Assembly: GCA_017613255.1 (NCBI GenBank)
Contig: JAGAEF010000055.1
Location: 1 to 43,164 of the forward strand
Origin: Lentisphaeria bacterium
Lineage (GTDB): Bacteria > Verrucomicrobiota > Lentisphaeria > Victivallales > UBA1829
Direction: 5' to 3'
DNA: 43,164 bases
How positions within the stretch are numbered: the first letter of the stretch is position 1; the number at the start of each line of letters is the position of its first letter. Under the pieces are notes generated by a model. That model had not been told where the DNA came from, did no database searches, and was given only the letters and a program-made list of their open reading frames with translations. Of this stretch, positions 15,927-25,455 are shown in pieces. Made by a program: the position numbers and the translations under genes.

Positions 15927-18295
15927 GGGAACGCTTTGTTGTTCAGCTGAAAGGCGAGTTGTCCCAGGGGGGATTCCTGCCGCTTCTGTGGAGAATCGTT
16001 CCCCAGTGCAAATACATTGTTGCCGGGAGCGCCCAGTACAGGGAAAAGGATGTGGAACTCGTTCTGGAAGGCGAAGGGGTGCAGGTGATGAACTTCCTTC
16101 GGGTCCTGCCCCGGAGGATCCCCCATTTCTACCAGCTGGAATCCCTTACGCTTCTTTCCCGGGAGAGAGCGGACGGGTTCGACCTGAAAAACCGGGGGTT
16201 CCGCATCTGCGGGAAGGAGAAGAGAATTCCGGAGATCCGTCCGGATCTGGCCCCTTGCGAAAAATGTCTTGCGGAACTTCAGGACCGCTCATCCCGCCGC
16301 TTCCGTTATCCCTTCTTCGCCTGCCGGGAGTGCGGTCCCATGTACGGTTTTTCCAACTTTCTCCCGCTGGAGCGCAAGAATACGGCTCTTGTGTCCTTTC
16401 CGCCCTGCTCCTCCTGCAGACACGAGGCGGCGGACAGGGAAGATACGCACCATTTCGGTTCTTCCCTTCTCGCCTGTCCCCTCTGCGGTCCCCGGTATTT
16501 CGTGCTGGACAAGGAGGGGGAGCTTCTGGAGGATGAAGAGCCATTCCGTGCCGTGCGCAGGGAGCTCGTCAGCGGCAAAGCTGCCGTCATGCAGTCCGTC
16601 ACCGGCTCCTTCCGGCTTCTGGCGGATGCCTTCGACGGGGAAGGGATCCTGCGTTTGCGGAGGAAACGGAAGGATCCGGATACGCCTTACGCCGTCCTGT
16701 TCCGGGATCCGGAAAGCATCCGGAAAAGCTGTATCGTTTCGGAGAAGGAAGAAGTCCTTCTTACCTCCGGCGCGGCTCCTTATGTCCTGCTCTGGCGGAA
16801 AAAGGATGCTCCGGAAGGGAGCATTCTTCCCTCCGTGATCGCGCCGGGAACCGTTTTCGTTGCGGCGGGACTGCCCTCTTCCCTTGCCGAACACCTGCTT
16901 TTTCTGGAGATCGAAGGAGAAGAGCTGCCCCGGAAAATGCCGGAAGCGCTTGTCGCTTTCGGGGATGATGTTTCGGGACACGGCGACTTTCCGGGATCCG
17001 ACGAGATCTTCCACCGCTTCAGAAGCGTGACGAACTGTTTTCTGTGTCACGACCTGAGGACCGCTTCGGCCTGTCCGGACACCATCTGCAAGGTGCAGTC
17101 CGGTCTGGTCCGGGTCTTCCGGCGGGGGCGCGGAATCGTGCCGGAACCTGTGCCCTGCACGGTGGGACTTGCCAGCAGAAGGGTCTGCGCTTCCTTCGGC
17201 ACGGATGAGAGCGTGGGAGTGGCCCTTGCCTCCCGCACCTTCGGGATCGTGCCCGTCCCGGGATTCGGGGGGATTTCCGGCCCTTCCGGCGCAGGCGTTC
17301 TGGAAAGGATGCTGGACCCCCTCATGGATCTTTTCGACACCGTTCCGGATGTGGTCGTCTGCGATATGAACAGCGAGCTGGCAAGCGCTTCCTTTGCTTC
17401 CTCCTATGCGGAAAGGCACCAGCTTGCCCTCATCACCGTGCAGACGCATCATGCCCTTGCCCTTGCCTGCATGGCGGAACACGGGCTGGAAAACGCCCTT
17501 GCTCTGGTGTTCACTTCCGGCAGGGGCGCCCCCGACGGCTCGCTGTGGGGGGCGGAGTGCTTCGAAGCAAGGGGGGACTCCTTTGCCCGGTACGCCTCTT
17601 TTGCCGGACACACTGTCCATTGCCGGAAACGGAAGGGGAGTCGGCCCTCCCGGGTGCTTCTGGACTGGTTTTTTTCTTTCGGATGGGAAATCCCCGACGC
17701 GCTTCTGGAGAAGCTCGAAGTGGGACGGGCGGAGGCGGAAACGTGGAAGAGCGGGTTTGCTTCCTCCGCTTCCGAAGAAAACGTCACCCACTCCGCGGAG
17801 GATCTTTTCGAATCCGTGACGGCCGCTCTGGGTCTTGCCCCCGACTATGCCCACCGTCCCGGAAAATGCCGCGAGATCCTGGAGGAACTGGCGGGGGAGG
17901 GGAAGATCCGCCGTGAGGATGTCCCGGAGGAGATCCGGGAGCTTTTCGTGTTCACTTTGGAGGAAAGCGACGGGTGCTGTTTCATTCACTGGGAGGAAAC
18001 GATCCGCAATCTTTCCAGTCTTCCCCCCCTTGCGGAAGGGGAAAAGAGCCTGTACGCCAAAGCGTTTTATCTTGCACTGGGGGAGGCCTGCGTTTCCATG
18101 ATCCGCTATGCGGCATCCTTCACGCAGGAGAAGAATGTGGTCCTTTCCGGGGAGGTTTTCAAGGACGGCGCGCTTTCGGGCCTCTGCATGGAAGAGCTCT
18201 GCCGTTACGGTTTTACCGTCCGGCAGCACGTCCAGACCTCCCCCGACGACTCCTCCGTCTGCATCGGGCAGGCCTACGCCGCGCTTCTTTCCTGA
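15923..18295 (+). CDS. divergent HypF-family (carbamoyltransferase-like) protein
   Basis: 790 aa from the ATG at 15923, which overlaps the hydF stop (ATGA). There are two HypF-type zinc fingers: CEKC-x18-CREC and CSSC-x19-CPLC. YrdC-like ('LRLRRKRKDPDTPYAVLF') and Kae1-like regions follow, and the C-terminus is HypF-like ('VVLSGEVFKDG...CIGQAYAA'). Many canonical motif positions look substituted. Confidence 0.7.
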   Translation: MRERFVVQLKGELSQGGFLPLLWRIVPQCKYIVAGSAQYREKDVELVLEGEGVQVMNFLRVLPRRIPHFYQLESLTLLSRERADGFDLKNRGFRICGKEKRIPEIRPDLAPCEKCLAELQDRSSRRFRYPFFACRECGPMYGFSNFLPLERKNTALVSFPPCSSCRHEAADREDTHHFGSSLLACPLCGPRYFVLDKEGELLEDEEPFRAVRRELVSGKAAVMQSVTGSFRLLADAFDGEGILRLRRKRKDPDTPYAVLFRDPESIRKSCIVSEKEEVLLTSGAAPYVLLWRKKDAPEGSILPSVIAPGTVFVAAGLPSSLAEHLLFLEIEGEELPRKMPEALVAFGDDVSGHGDFPGSDEIFHRFRSVTNCFLCHDLRTASACPDTICKVQSGLVRVFRRGRGIVPEPVPCTVGLASRRVCASFGTDESVGVALASRTFGIVPVPGFGGISGPSGAGVLERMLDPLMDLFDTVPDVVVCDMNSELASASFASSYAERHQLALITVQTHHALALACMAEHGLENALALVFTSGRGAPDGSLWGAECFEARGDSFARYASFAGHTVHCRKRKGSRPSRVLLDWFFSFGWEIPDALLEKLEVGRAEAETWKSGFASSASEENVTHSAEDLFESVTAALGLAPDYAHRPGKCREILEELAGEGKIRREDVPEEIRELFVFTLEESDGCCFIHWEETIRNLSSLPPLAEGEKSLYAKAFYLALGEACVSMIRYAASFTQEKNVVLSGEVFKDGALSGLCMEELCRYGFTVRQHVQTSPDDSSVCIGQAYAALLS

Positions 18296-18327
18296 TTTTT
18301 TCCTGCGGAAAACTCTCCTAAAAACGC

Positions 18328-18356
18328 TTGCAAGAAAGAGGGAAAGGGTGTATATT
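18328..18356 (+). promoter_or_regulatory. sigma70-like promoter for parE-parC
   Basis: TTGCAA (18328-18333), 17 nt spacer, TATATT (18351-18356), about 70 nt upstream of the parE ATG. Confidence 0.55.
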
Positions 18357-18426
18357 ACCGGGATTGACGCACAGTTGCCGCTTCAATGCTTCTTACATAT
18401 CGACGAACCGCGAGAGTGACTTGAAA

Positions 18427-20313
18427 ATGGATAAGGAAAAAGAAAATATGACGCCGGAAGCCGGCGAAGGACCGGAAAATACGCAGGACGACAGCCTGCT
18501 TTCTCCGAAAAGGATGTACGACGAAAACGCCATCCAGCACTTGAAGTACCCGGACCACGTCCGCAAGCGTCCCGGCATGTACATAGGACGCATGGGGGAC
18601 GGCTCCCACCCGGACGACGGGATCTACATGATGTTCAAAGAGGTCGTGGACAACTCCGTGGACGAGTTCATCGCCGGTTTCGGCAGGCGCGTGGATATCA
18701 CCATCAACGAAAACGTGTTCACCATACGGGACTTTGGGCGGGGGATCCCGCTGGGGAAACTCAAGGACTGCGTGGCGGATATGAACACGGGGGGAAAGTT
18801 CGACCAGGGGGGATACTTCTTTTCCGTGGGGATGAACGGCGTGGGCACGAAGGTGGTGAACGCCCTTTCCGAACTCTTCATTGCCACCTCCTACCGGGAC
18901 GGGAAATTCGGGCGGGTCACGTTCCGCCACGGGATCCTGGAAAAGGAGGAGCAGGGCAGTACGGAAGAACGCAACGGCACGAAGATCGAATTCGTTCCCG
19001 ATTCCAGCCCCGGGATCTTCCCCAGATACAATATCCGCATGGACTATGTGGAGCGGCGGCTGTGGATGTACGCCTACCTCAACAGCGGGCTTTCCCTCTA
19101 TATGAACGGGGTGCGGTTCTACTCCAAGAACGGGCTCATCGAACTGGTGAAACGGGATGTGGACGAGGAAAAGGCCCTGTATCCGGTCATGCACTACAAA
19201 AGCAGGACCATGGAGTTTTCCTTCACCCATACCGCCGATACCGGGGAAAAATACTACTCTTTCGTCAACGGGCAGTACACCACCGACGGCGGGACCCATC
19301 TTTCCGCCTTCAAAGGGGGACTTTCCCGGGCGCTGGGCGAGCATTACAACCGCAGTTTCGAGCCGCAGGACCTGCGGGACGGCATTCTGGGGGCCATCGC
19401 CATCAAGATGGAGAATCCCTCCTTCGAATCCCAGACCAAGAACAAGCTTTCCAGCACGGACGTGAAGGGCTGGGTGGAGCAGGAGGTCAAGCAGGCGGTC
19501 ATCGACTGGCTGCTGAAAAATCCCGCAAGTTCCGATGCCCTCCTTGCCAAGATCGAGCGCAACGAACAGGTGCGCAAGGAGATCCAGAAGGTCAAGACCA
19601 AGACGAAGGACGTGTCCAAGAAGCTGAGTCTCCGGAACAGCAAGCTTAAGGACTGCCGCTACCATTTCGGCGACCGGCACGCGCTGGGGGAGGAGAGCAT
19701 GATCTTCCTCACCGAAGGGGATTCGGCGGGCTCTTCTCTTGTGGCCAGCAGGAATCCGGATTATCAGGCGGTGTACGCTCTCCGGGGCAAGCCCTACAAC
19801 TGCTTCGGCAAGGACCTGAAGGCCATTTACGACAATCAGGAACTTTACTACATCATGCGTACTCTGGACATCGAGGACGATGTGGAAAAACTCCGGTATG
19901 CCAAGATCGTCATCGCCACGGATGCGGATGTGGACGGACTGCATATCCGCAACCTTCTGCTCACCTTCTTCCTCCAGTATTTCGAGTCTCTGGTCATTTC
20001 CGGGCATGTGTATATTTTCGAAACCCCTCTCTTCCGCGTGCGCAAGAAAAGCAACTCCAAGGAGAATTTCTACTGCTACAGCGAAGAGGAGCGGGACGAG
20101 ACGGCGAAAAAGCTGGGGAAGGGCGCCGAGATCACACGGTTCAAGGGGCTGGGGGAGATCTCCCCGGAGGAATTCAAACAGTTCATCGGGCAGGACATCC
20201 GGCTGGAGCAGGTGACTCTGGACAACGCCAACGGCGTCCGGGAGATGCTCAAATTCTATATGGGCGACAACAACGAAGAACGCTGGACCCATATCCAGGA
20301 CCATCTGGTGTAA
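18427..20313 (+). CDS. parE: type IIA topoisomerase B subunit, short form (topoisomerase IV ParE-like)
   Basis: 628 aa from the ATG at 18427. It has GHKL 'PGMYIG', 'EVVDNSVDE' and 'GRGIP', plus Toprim 'LTEGDSAGSS', 'LRGKPYN' and 'DADVDGLHI'. It lacks the long GyrB insertion. An alternative start lies at 18448. Confidence 0.8.
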   Translation: MDKEKENMTPEAGEGPENTQDDSLLSPKRMYDENAIQHLKYPDHVRKRPGMYIGRMGDGSHPDDGIYMMFKEVVDNSVDEFIAGFGRRVDITINENVFTIRDFGRGIPLGKLKDCVADMNTGGKFDQGGYFFSVGMNGVGTKVVNALSELFIATSYRDGKFGRVTFRHGILEKEEQGSTEERNGTKIEFVPDSSPGIFPRYNIRMDYVERRLWMYAYLNSGLSLYMNGVRFYSKNGLIELVKRDVDEEKALYPVMHYKSRTMEFSFTHTADTGEKYYSFVNGQYTTDGGTHLSAFKGGLSRALGEHYNRSFEPQDLRDGILGAIAIKMENPSFESQTKNKLSSTDVKGWVEQEVKQAVIDWLLKNPASSDALLAKIERNEQVRKEIQKVKTKTKDVSKKLSLRNSKLKDCRYHFGDRHALGEESMIFLTEGDSAGSSLVASRNPDYQAVYALRGKPYNCFGKDLKAIYDNQELYYIMRTLDIEDDVEKLRYAKIVIATDADVDGLHIRNLLLTFFLQYFESLVISGHVYIFETPLFRVRKKSNSKENFYCYSEEERDETAKKLGKGAEITRFKGLGEISPEEFKQFIGQDIRLEQVTLDNANGVREMLKFYMGDNNEERWTHIQDHLV

Positions 20314-20322
20314 GGGGGATTT

Positions 20323-22824
20323 ATGGCTGGAAAATCGAAAAAGGCTTCCTCTTCCGTTCCGGAGAAAAAAGTTCCCCGGAAGAAGAAGGAGATCAGGGAA
20401 GAAACGGAGCAGACCTCCACTTTGCAGGAGACGGAGACTGCCGAAGAAGAAAATATGCGGGAAGAGGAGGCAAACAACTCTTCTCCCGTTCCGCAGGACG
20501 TTTCCGCAAACGGGGAAGGACCGGATCCGGACGACGAAGAGGAGGATCCCGCCTCCTCCAAGGCGGAGGTCCCCGCCAACGAGCGGCTCCGGAAGATGAT
20601 GGATACCAACTTCATCGAGTACGCCTCCTACGTCATCAAGGACCGGGCCATCCCGGATGTGGACGACGGGCTCAAACCCGTCCAGCGGCGGATCCTCTGG
20701 ACACTGCATCAGATCGACAACGGCTCCTTCCACAAGGTGCAGGGGGTCGTGGGCGACACCATGAAATACCATCCCCACGGGGACGCCTCCATTTACGAGG
20801 CGCTGGTGAATCTGGCCAACAAGGAGTATTTTCTGGACAAGCAGGGCTCCTTCGGAAGCGTGGTCATGGGTACTCCCGCCGCCGCGGGCAGGTATATCGA
20901 GTGCCGCATGGGGGAAATGGGGCGGGAGGTCCTGTTCAACGACGACGTCACGCCGCTGGTGGACTCTTACGACGGAAGAAATCAGGAACCCGTCATCCTG
21001 CCCGTAAAGGTGCCCACTCTTCTCATGATGGGGGCCGACGGGGTTGCCGTGGGGACCCGGACCAAGATCCTGCCCCACAACTTTACGGAACTTCTGGAAG
21101 CGGAGATCGCCATTCTGGAAAAGCGGGAATTCCATCTCTATCCCGACTTCATCCAGGGCGGCATCATCGACGTTTCCGACTATCAGGACGGCCTGGGCAA
21201 GGTGCTCATCCGGGCAAAGATCGAGATCGAAGGAAGAAATCTGGTCATCCGGGAGATCCCCGCTTCCACGGATTCGGGGAAACTCACCGACAGCATCGTG
21301 GCCGCCGTGGAAAAGAACAAGATCAAGATCGCCCACGTGGAGGACTTCACGGCCAAGGACGTGAACATCCAGCTGCAGCCCATCCGGGGGTACGATCCCG
21401 GCAAGGCCATGAACGCCCTCTTCACCTATACGGACTGCCAGATGAGCGTCACCTGCCAGCCCATGGTCATCATCGACAACCGGCCCGAAAAGATGTCGGT
21501 GAGCGATATCCTGCGCAGGAATACGGAAAAACTCCTCCAGTTCCTTTCCTGGGAACTGCAGGTGGTCGCCGCCCGGGCTCTGGAAAGGATCCTTGCCCGC
21601 ACGCTGGCGCAGATCTTCATCGAGGAGAAGATCTATAAGCAGATCGAAAAGAGCAAGTCCAAAGAGTCTATGTTTTCCACCGTGCGCACTTCTCTGGAAA
21701 AATTCCGGGAGGAGTGGCTTCCCCTGATGAAGCATCTGCATGAACTTATTCTCAACGGACCCAACGTGCGGGAGCGTTCCAGGGAGGAGATCCTGCGTCT
21801 GGAACAGCTGGCGGAGGGCGTCATTCCCGACGCGGAGATCGAGCGTCTTGTGGAGATCCCCATCCGCAGGATCGCCGCCTTCGAGATCGACCGGAACCGG
21901 CAGGAGATCGCCGATCTGCGCAAGGAACTCGGCACTGCGGAAAAGAACTTGAAGAACATCCGGAAGTACGCCATAGGGTATCTCAAAAAACTCATCGAAA
22001 AGTACGGCCCCCTCTATCCCCGGCGCACGCAAGTGTGTCTGGAAGGGTTCAGCAAGATCAACAAGGCGGCCGCCGCTTTGAACAACATCCGGGTAGGCTG
22101 GGACAAGGGCAACTGTTATATCGGGACCCATGTGAAGAGCGACGATGTCATTCTCTGCAACGAGTTCGACCATTTGCTCTGCGTCACCAGAAAGGGCGAC
22201 TACAAGATCATCGATATCCCCGACAAGATCTTCATCGACCGGCTGTACGAGTTCCGCAAGTACGACAAGAGCACCGTGTTCGGCATCGTCTATTCCGATC
22301 CCCGCACCGGGAAGGTGTACGGGAAAAAGTGCGTCATAGACAAATTCATCAAGGAGAAGGAGTACCGCATCTGCCCGGAGGGGTGCCGGCTGGAGCTCAT
22401 CACGCCCCGCCCCAACGCCCTCTACGAGTGCAGGATCGATACCCCGGTAAAGGCGAAACAGATTCAGGAGCTTTCTTTGAGTTCCCTTCCTCTCCGGTCC
22501 CCCAGGGCCGGCGGAGCCTTGATCTTCTCCCGGAAACTCCTGAAGATCACCTTCGTGAAATACCTTGACGGCACCGAGGAGGATCCCGAACCCTCCCTTC
22601 TGCCGGAAGAGGAGCTTCGGCCCGATCCGCCCCCCGCCGCGCAGGAAAGCGCCCCCGGGGAGGGGAAAAAGAGTCCGGAAGCGCCTGTTCCCGCCGGAAC
22701 GAAGAAGTCCGGGGAGGGGAAAAGGACTCCTCCCGCTTCTCCCGCAAAGGAAGAGAACAAAGGCAAGGACGGCGGGGACGATGACGAGAACTGGGGCATC
22801 CTTCAGCCCAATCTGGGATTTTGA
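20323..22824 (+). CDS. parC: type IIA topoisomerase A subunit (topoisomerase IV ParC-like) with disordered N- and C-terminal extensions
   Basis: 833 aa with 'RAIPDVDDGLKPVQRRILW', 'YHPHGDASIYEALV' and the catalytic-Tyr context 'AAGRYIECRM'. No GyrA-box-like motif was seen. An acidic/basic low-complexity N-terminus of about 95 aa and a Pro/Glu/Lys-rich C-terminus of about 85 aa flank the core. Confidence 0.8.
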   Translation: MAGKSKKASSSVPEKKVPRKKKEIREETEQTSTLQETETAEEENMREEEANNSSPVPQDVSANGEGPDPDDEEEDPASSKAEVPANERLRKMMDTNFIEYASYVIKDRAIPDVDDGLKPVQRRILWTLHQIDNGSFHKVQGVVGDTMKYHPHGDASIYEALVNLANKEYFLDKQGSFGSVVMGTPAAAGRYIECRMGEMGREVLFNDDVTPLVDSYDGRNQEPVILPVKVPTLLMMGADGVAVGTRTKILPHNFTELLEAEIAILEKREFHLYPDFIQGGIIDVSDYQDGLGKVLIRAKIEIEGRNLVIREIPASTDSGKLTDSIVAAVEKNKIKIAHVEDFTAKDVNIQLQPIRGYDPGKAMNALFTYTDCQMSVTCQPMVIIDNRPEKMSVSDILRRNTEKLLQFLSWELQVVAARALERILARTLAQIFIEEKIYKQIEKSKSKESMFSTVRTSLEKFREEWLPLMKHLHELILNGPNVRERSREEILRLEQLAEGVIPDAEIERLVEIPIRRIAAFEIDRNRQEIADLRKELGTAEKNLKNIRKYAIGYLKKLIEKYGPLYPRRTQVCLEGFSKINKAAAALNNIRVGWDKGNCYIGTHVKSDDVILCNEFDHLLCVTRKGDYKIIDIPDKIFIDRLYEFRKYDKSTVFGIVYSDPRTGKVYGKKCVIDKFIKEKEYRICPEGCRLELITPRPNALYECRIDTPVKAKQIQELSLSSLPLRSPRAGGALIFSRKLLKITFVKYLDGTEEDPEPSLLPEEELRPDPPPAAQESAPGEGKKSPEAPVPAGTKKSGEGKRTPPASPAKEENKGKDGGDDDENWGILQPNLGF

Positions 22825-22833
22825 ACGGCAAAG

Positions 22834-23262
22834 ATGACGGAAGCTCTTCTCTCGGAATTTCGCTGCCTCCGCTGCGGCAGATGCTGTCAGTGGGAAGGGC
22901 CTGTCCGGGTGACGCAACAGGAGATCCTTGCCATTGCCGGATTTCTCCATATCCCGCTTGAAGAGTTCCTGCGCGATCACACCGTGCTTGCCCCCGACCG
23001 GAAAAGTCTTTCCCTCAGGGAGACACAGGAGGGCGCATGCGTTTATTACGACAAAAAGGAACGAAGCTGCCTTCTGCAGGAGGTAAAGCCCGCCCAGTGC
23101 CGGAACTTTCCCCTGCATTGGAATTTTCCCGGCTGGGAGGAGGAGTGCGAAGGGGGAAAAGCCCTGAAAAAGGCGATGCACGGCTGCGGAAAAACGCCTT
23201 TGGATCCTTCTCCCGGAGTTCCGGAGGGGCAAAAAGAAGAAAAAAAGGATTTCTCCCATTGA
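22834..23262 (+). CDS. YkgJ-family cysteine-cluster (CxxCxxCC) protein
   Basis: 142 aa with 'CLRCGRCC' at the N-terminus and later 'C..Y......C' / 'C' positions typical of the UPF0153/YkgJ zinc-or-iron-chelating domain. It starts 10 nt after the parC stop. Confidence 0.7.
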   Translation: MTEALLSEFRCLRCGRCCQWEGPVRVTQQEILAIAGFLHIPLEEFLRDHTVLAPDRKSLSLRETQEGACVYYDKKERSCLLQEVKPAQCRNFPLHWNFPGWEEECEGGKALKKAMHGCGKTPLDPSPGVPEGQKEEKKDFSH

Positions 23263-23288
23263 AAAAGCGGGATTTTGCGCCATATTAT
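23259..23288 (+). promoter_or_regulatory. candidate sigma70-like promoter for the nagA-like/metH/murD operon
   Basis: TTGAAA (23259-23264) with TATTAT at 23283-23288 (18-nt spacer), or CATATT at 23281-23286 (16-nt spacer). It overlaps the ykgJ stop. Confidence 0.4.
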
Positions 23289-23320
23289 TAGGGAGAAACA
23301 ATGTACCCAAGGGAGGTCTC

Positions 23321-24478
23321 ATGGCGAAAAACAGGATCCTTTTTCTGGTGGATTATTGCCTCACCCCGAACGTGAAGACGGAGGATGCGGGGATCCTTTG
23401 CGAAAACGACAGGATCATCGCCATAGGCGGCGCCTCCGCTTTTTCCTTTTCCGACGAGGGCCTTCAGATCGTGAAGCAGGAGAACGTGTATGCCATGCCC
23501 GGCTTCATCGACAGCCATGTGCACGTGGATTATCTTTTCGGAGAGACTACCTCCGCGACCCCTCTCATGGGGGACGTGGAAGTCAAACGCATGGGGGCGT
23601 TGTGCCGGTATCTTGCCGCCCACGGGGTGAGCGCGTTCGTTCCCACGCTGCGCACGGTGGCGAAGGAAAAACTCATCCGCAATACGGCGCACCTTGCGGA
23701 AATGATCCGCAAGGATTTCGGCGGGGCCATCCCTCTGGGGATCCATCTGGACGGACCGTTCATCAATCCGGCGATCCTTTCCACGCACCCCGCCGAATTC
23801 GTTTCGGAGATCGACATGGGGTATCTCAAGGAGCTTGTGGAAGCCGGCGGCGGCAGGATCAAGCTTCTTTCCTTCGCCCCCGAGCTGAAAAATTCCGGCC
23901 TTCTCATCGAATACCTTCTGGAAAACGGGATCATCCCCTCCATAGGCCACTCCCTTGCCGATGAACGCCAGACCCTTCTGGCCGTGGAGCAGGGGGCGCG
24001 GCGGGCCACGGACATGTACAACGCCATTCCCGCCTTCAACTACCGGCAGTCCAACATCACCGACACCCTTCTCACCGACGACCGGGTCACCGTGGAGATC
24101 ATTGCCGACGGCTCCGTGCTCTCCCGCAGGGCCATCGATCTCACCATGCGGGTGAAGCCCCGGAAAAACGTGGTGGCCATCAGCGACACCTACTGCAAGG
24201 ATCCCGACCATCTGGACTTCCCCGCGCTGGACAGCGGCTGGCGGAACCTCAAGAATCATCACGCCCTCAAGGAGACGGACGCGGCGGGCTGTTTCACCTC
24301 CAATCCCGCCGAAAACATCGGACTCGTCTCCCGGGGGGAATTGAGTCCGGGCAAATACGCGGACATGGTCTTTTTCCGTACGCAGGACGATACGGTTTTC
24401 TCTACTTACGTTGCGGGCAACTGCGTCTATTCCGCCTCCACCGGAGAAGGGGAGGACAAGTCCGGGGAGGGGAAATGA
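23321..24478 (+). CDS. NagA-family amidohydrolase (N-acetylglucosamine-6-phosphate deacetylase-like, non-canonical active-site residues)
   Basis: 385 aa. The ordered motifs 'PGFIDSHVH', 'IHLDGPFI', 'SFAPE', 'IGHSLAD', 'ATDMYNAI', 'IADGSVL' and 'AISDT' parallel the E. coli NagA motifs. Asp replaces the His of 'ATHLYNAM', and Ser replaces the His of 'DGLH'. The RBS is 'AAGGGAGG'. Confidence 0.6.
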   Translation: MAKNRILFLVDYCLTPNVKTEDAGILCENDRIIAIGGASAFSFSDEGLQIVKQENVYAMPGFIDSHVHVDYLFGETTSATPLMGDVEVKRMGALCRYLAAHGVSAFVPTLRTVAKEKLIRNTAHLAEMIRKDFGGAIPLGIHLDGPFINPAILSTHPAEFVSEIDMGYLKELVEAGGGRIKLLSFAPELKNSGLLIEYLLENGIIPSIGHSLADERQTLLAVEQGARRATDMYNAIPAFNYRQSNITDTLLTDDRVTVEIIADGSVLSRRAIDLTMRVKPRKNVVAISDTYCKDPDHLDFPALDSGWRNLKNHHALKETDAAGCFTSNPAENIGLVSRGELSPGKYADMVFFRTQDDTVFSTYVAGNCVYSASTGEGEDKSGEGK

Positions 24479-25431
24479 GCAAAAAGAACGATCATTCTTT
24501 CTCTCCGTCCCGGGAAAAGGGGGAAAAGCCCCGTTCCTGCGGCAGGAAGTTCAGCGGAGAGTACCGCCTTCTGGATTCGGGAAACGGCAGAAAACTGGAA
24601 ATGGTGGGGTCGCTGCGTCTGATCCGGCCCGCGCTCAACGCCTTCTGGAGTCCTTCGCTGGCCCCCGCCGAATGGGAGAAAGCGGATGCGGAGTTCCGCA
24701 GGGAGCCCGGCACCGGCGGCGGGATCTGGACATGGAAGACCCCTCAGCCGGGTCCGGAGGAGTGGACGGCATCGTGGGGCGGCGTGCTTCTTGCCGTCAA
24801 GCCCACCAATTTCGGCCATGTGGGCTTTTTTGCGGAACAGGCGCCCAACTGGGAGTTCATGCGTTCCTGCGTGCGGGAGATAGGGGGCCGTCCCGAAACG
24901 CTCAATCTTTTCGCCTACTCCGGCGGCGCGACCATCGCCATGGCCCAGGCGGGGGCGGAAGTGGTGCATCTGGACTCCTCCGCCGGGATCATCCAGTGGG
25001 CGAAGAAAAATCAGAGTTTCGAGCCCACTCTCAAGGACAGGATCCGCTGGATCTGCGATGACGCGCTGAAATTCGTGGCCCGGGAGGAGAGAAGGAACGC
25101 CTTTTACAGCGGGATCGTTCTGGATCCCCCCTCCTTCGGCCGGGGCTCCCGGGGGCAGGTGTGGAAGATCGAAACGAGTATTTCCGGCATTCTCCGTTCC
25201 TGCCGGAAGATCCTGGATATGGAGCACTCCTGCTTTCTGGTGCTTTCCTGCCACTCCCAGGGCTTTTCCCCCGTCTCTCTGGGAAGGATCCTTGCCGCGG
25301 AGTTTCCCGAGGCGGAATCCTGTATCGAATTCGGCGAAATGACGGTCCCCGAAACCGGACTGGACGGGAAGGCAAAGAGCGTGAAAAGCCTCCCCGCGGG
25401 CATGTTCGCAAGGTTTTTCCTCAAGAAGTAG
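24475..25431 (+). CDS. class I SAM-dependent methyltransferase (RlmI/RlmK-like, PUA-less)
   Basis: 318 aa with 'LNLFAYSGGATIAMAQAGA.VVHLDSS' (SAM motif I/II) and 'IVLDPPSFGRG' (motif IV DPPxF). Its start overlaps the nagA-like stop (ATGA). Confidence 0.7.
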   Translation: MSKKNDHSFSPSREKGEKPRSCGRKFSGEYRLLDSGNGRKLEMVGSLRLIRPALNAFWSPSLAPAEWEKADAEFRREPGTGGGIWTWKTPQPGPEEWTASWGGVLLAVKPTNFGHVGFFAEQAPNWEFMRSCVREIGGRPETLNLFAYSGGATIAMAQAGAEVVHLDSSAGIIQWAKKNQSFEPTLKDRIRWICDDALKFVAREERRNAFYSGIVLDPPSFGRGSRGQVWKIETSISGILRSCRKILDMEHSCFLVLSCHSQGFSPVSLGRILAAEFPEAESCIEFGEMTVPETGLDGKAKSVKSLPAGMFARFFLKK

Positions 25432-25455
25432 AGCGTCAGCAGAAAGGCAGTCGGC

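Noticed and set aside
25432-25455. Cobalamin or SAM riboswitch upstream of metH
   Set aside because: The intergenic gap is 24 nt, and metH follows the methyltransferase directly in the same operon.
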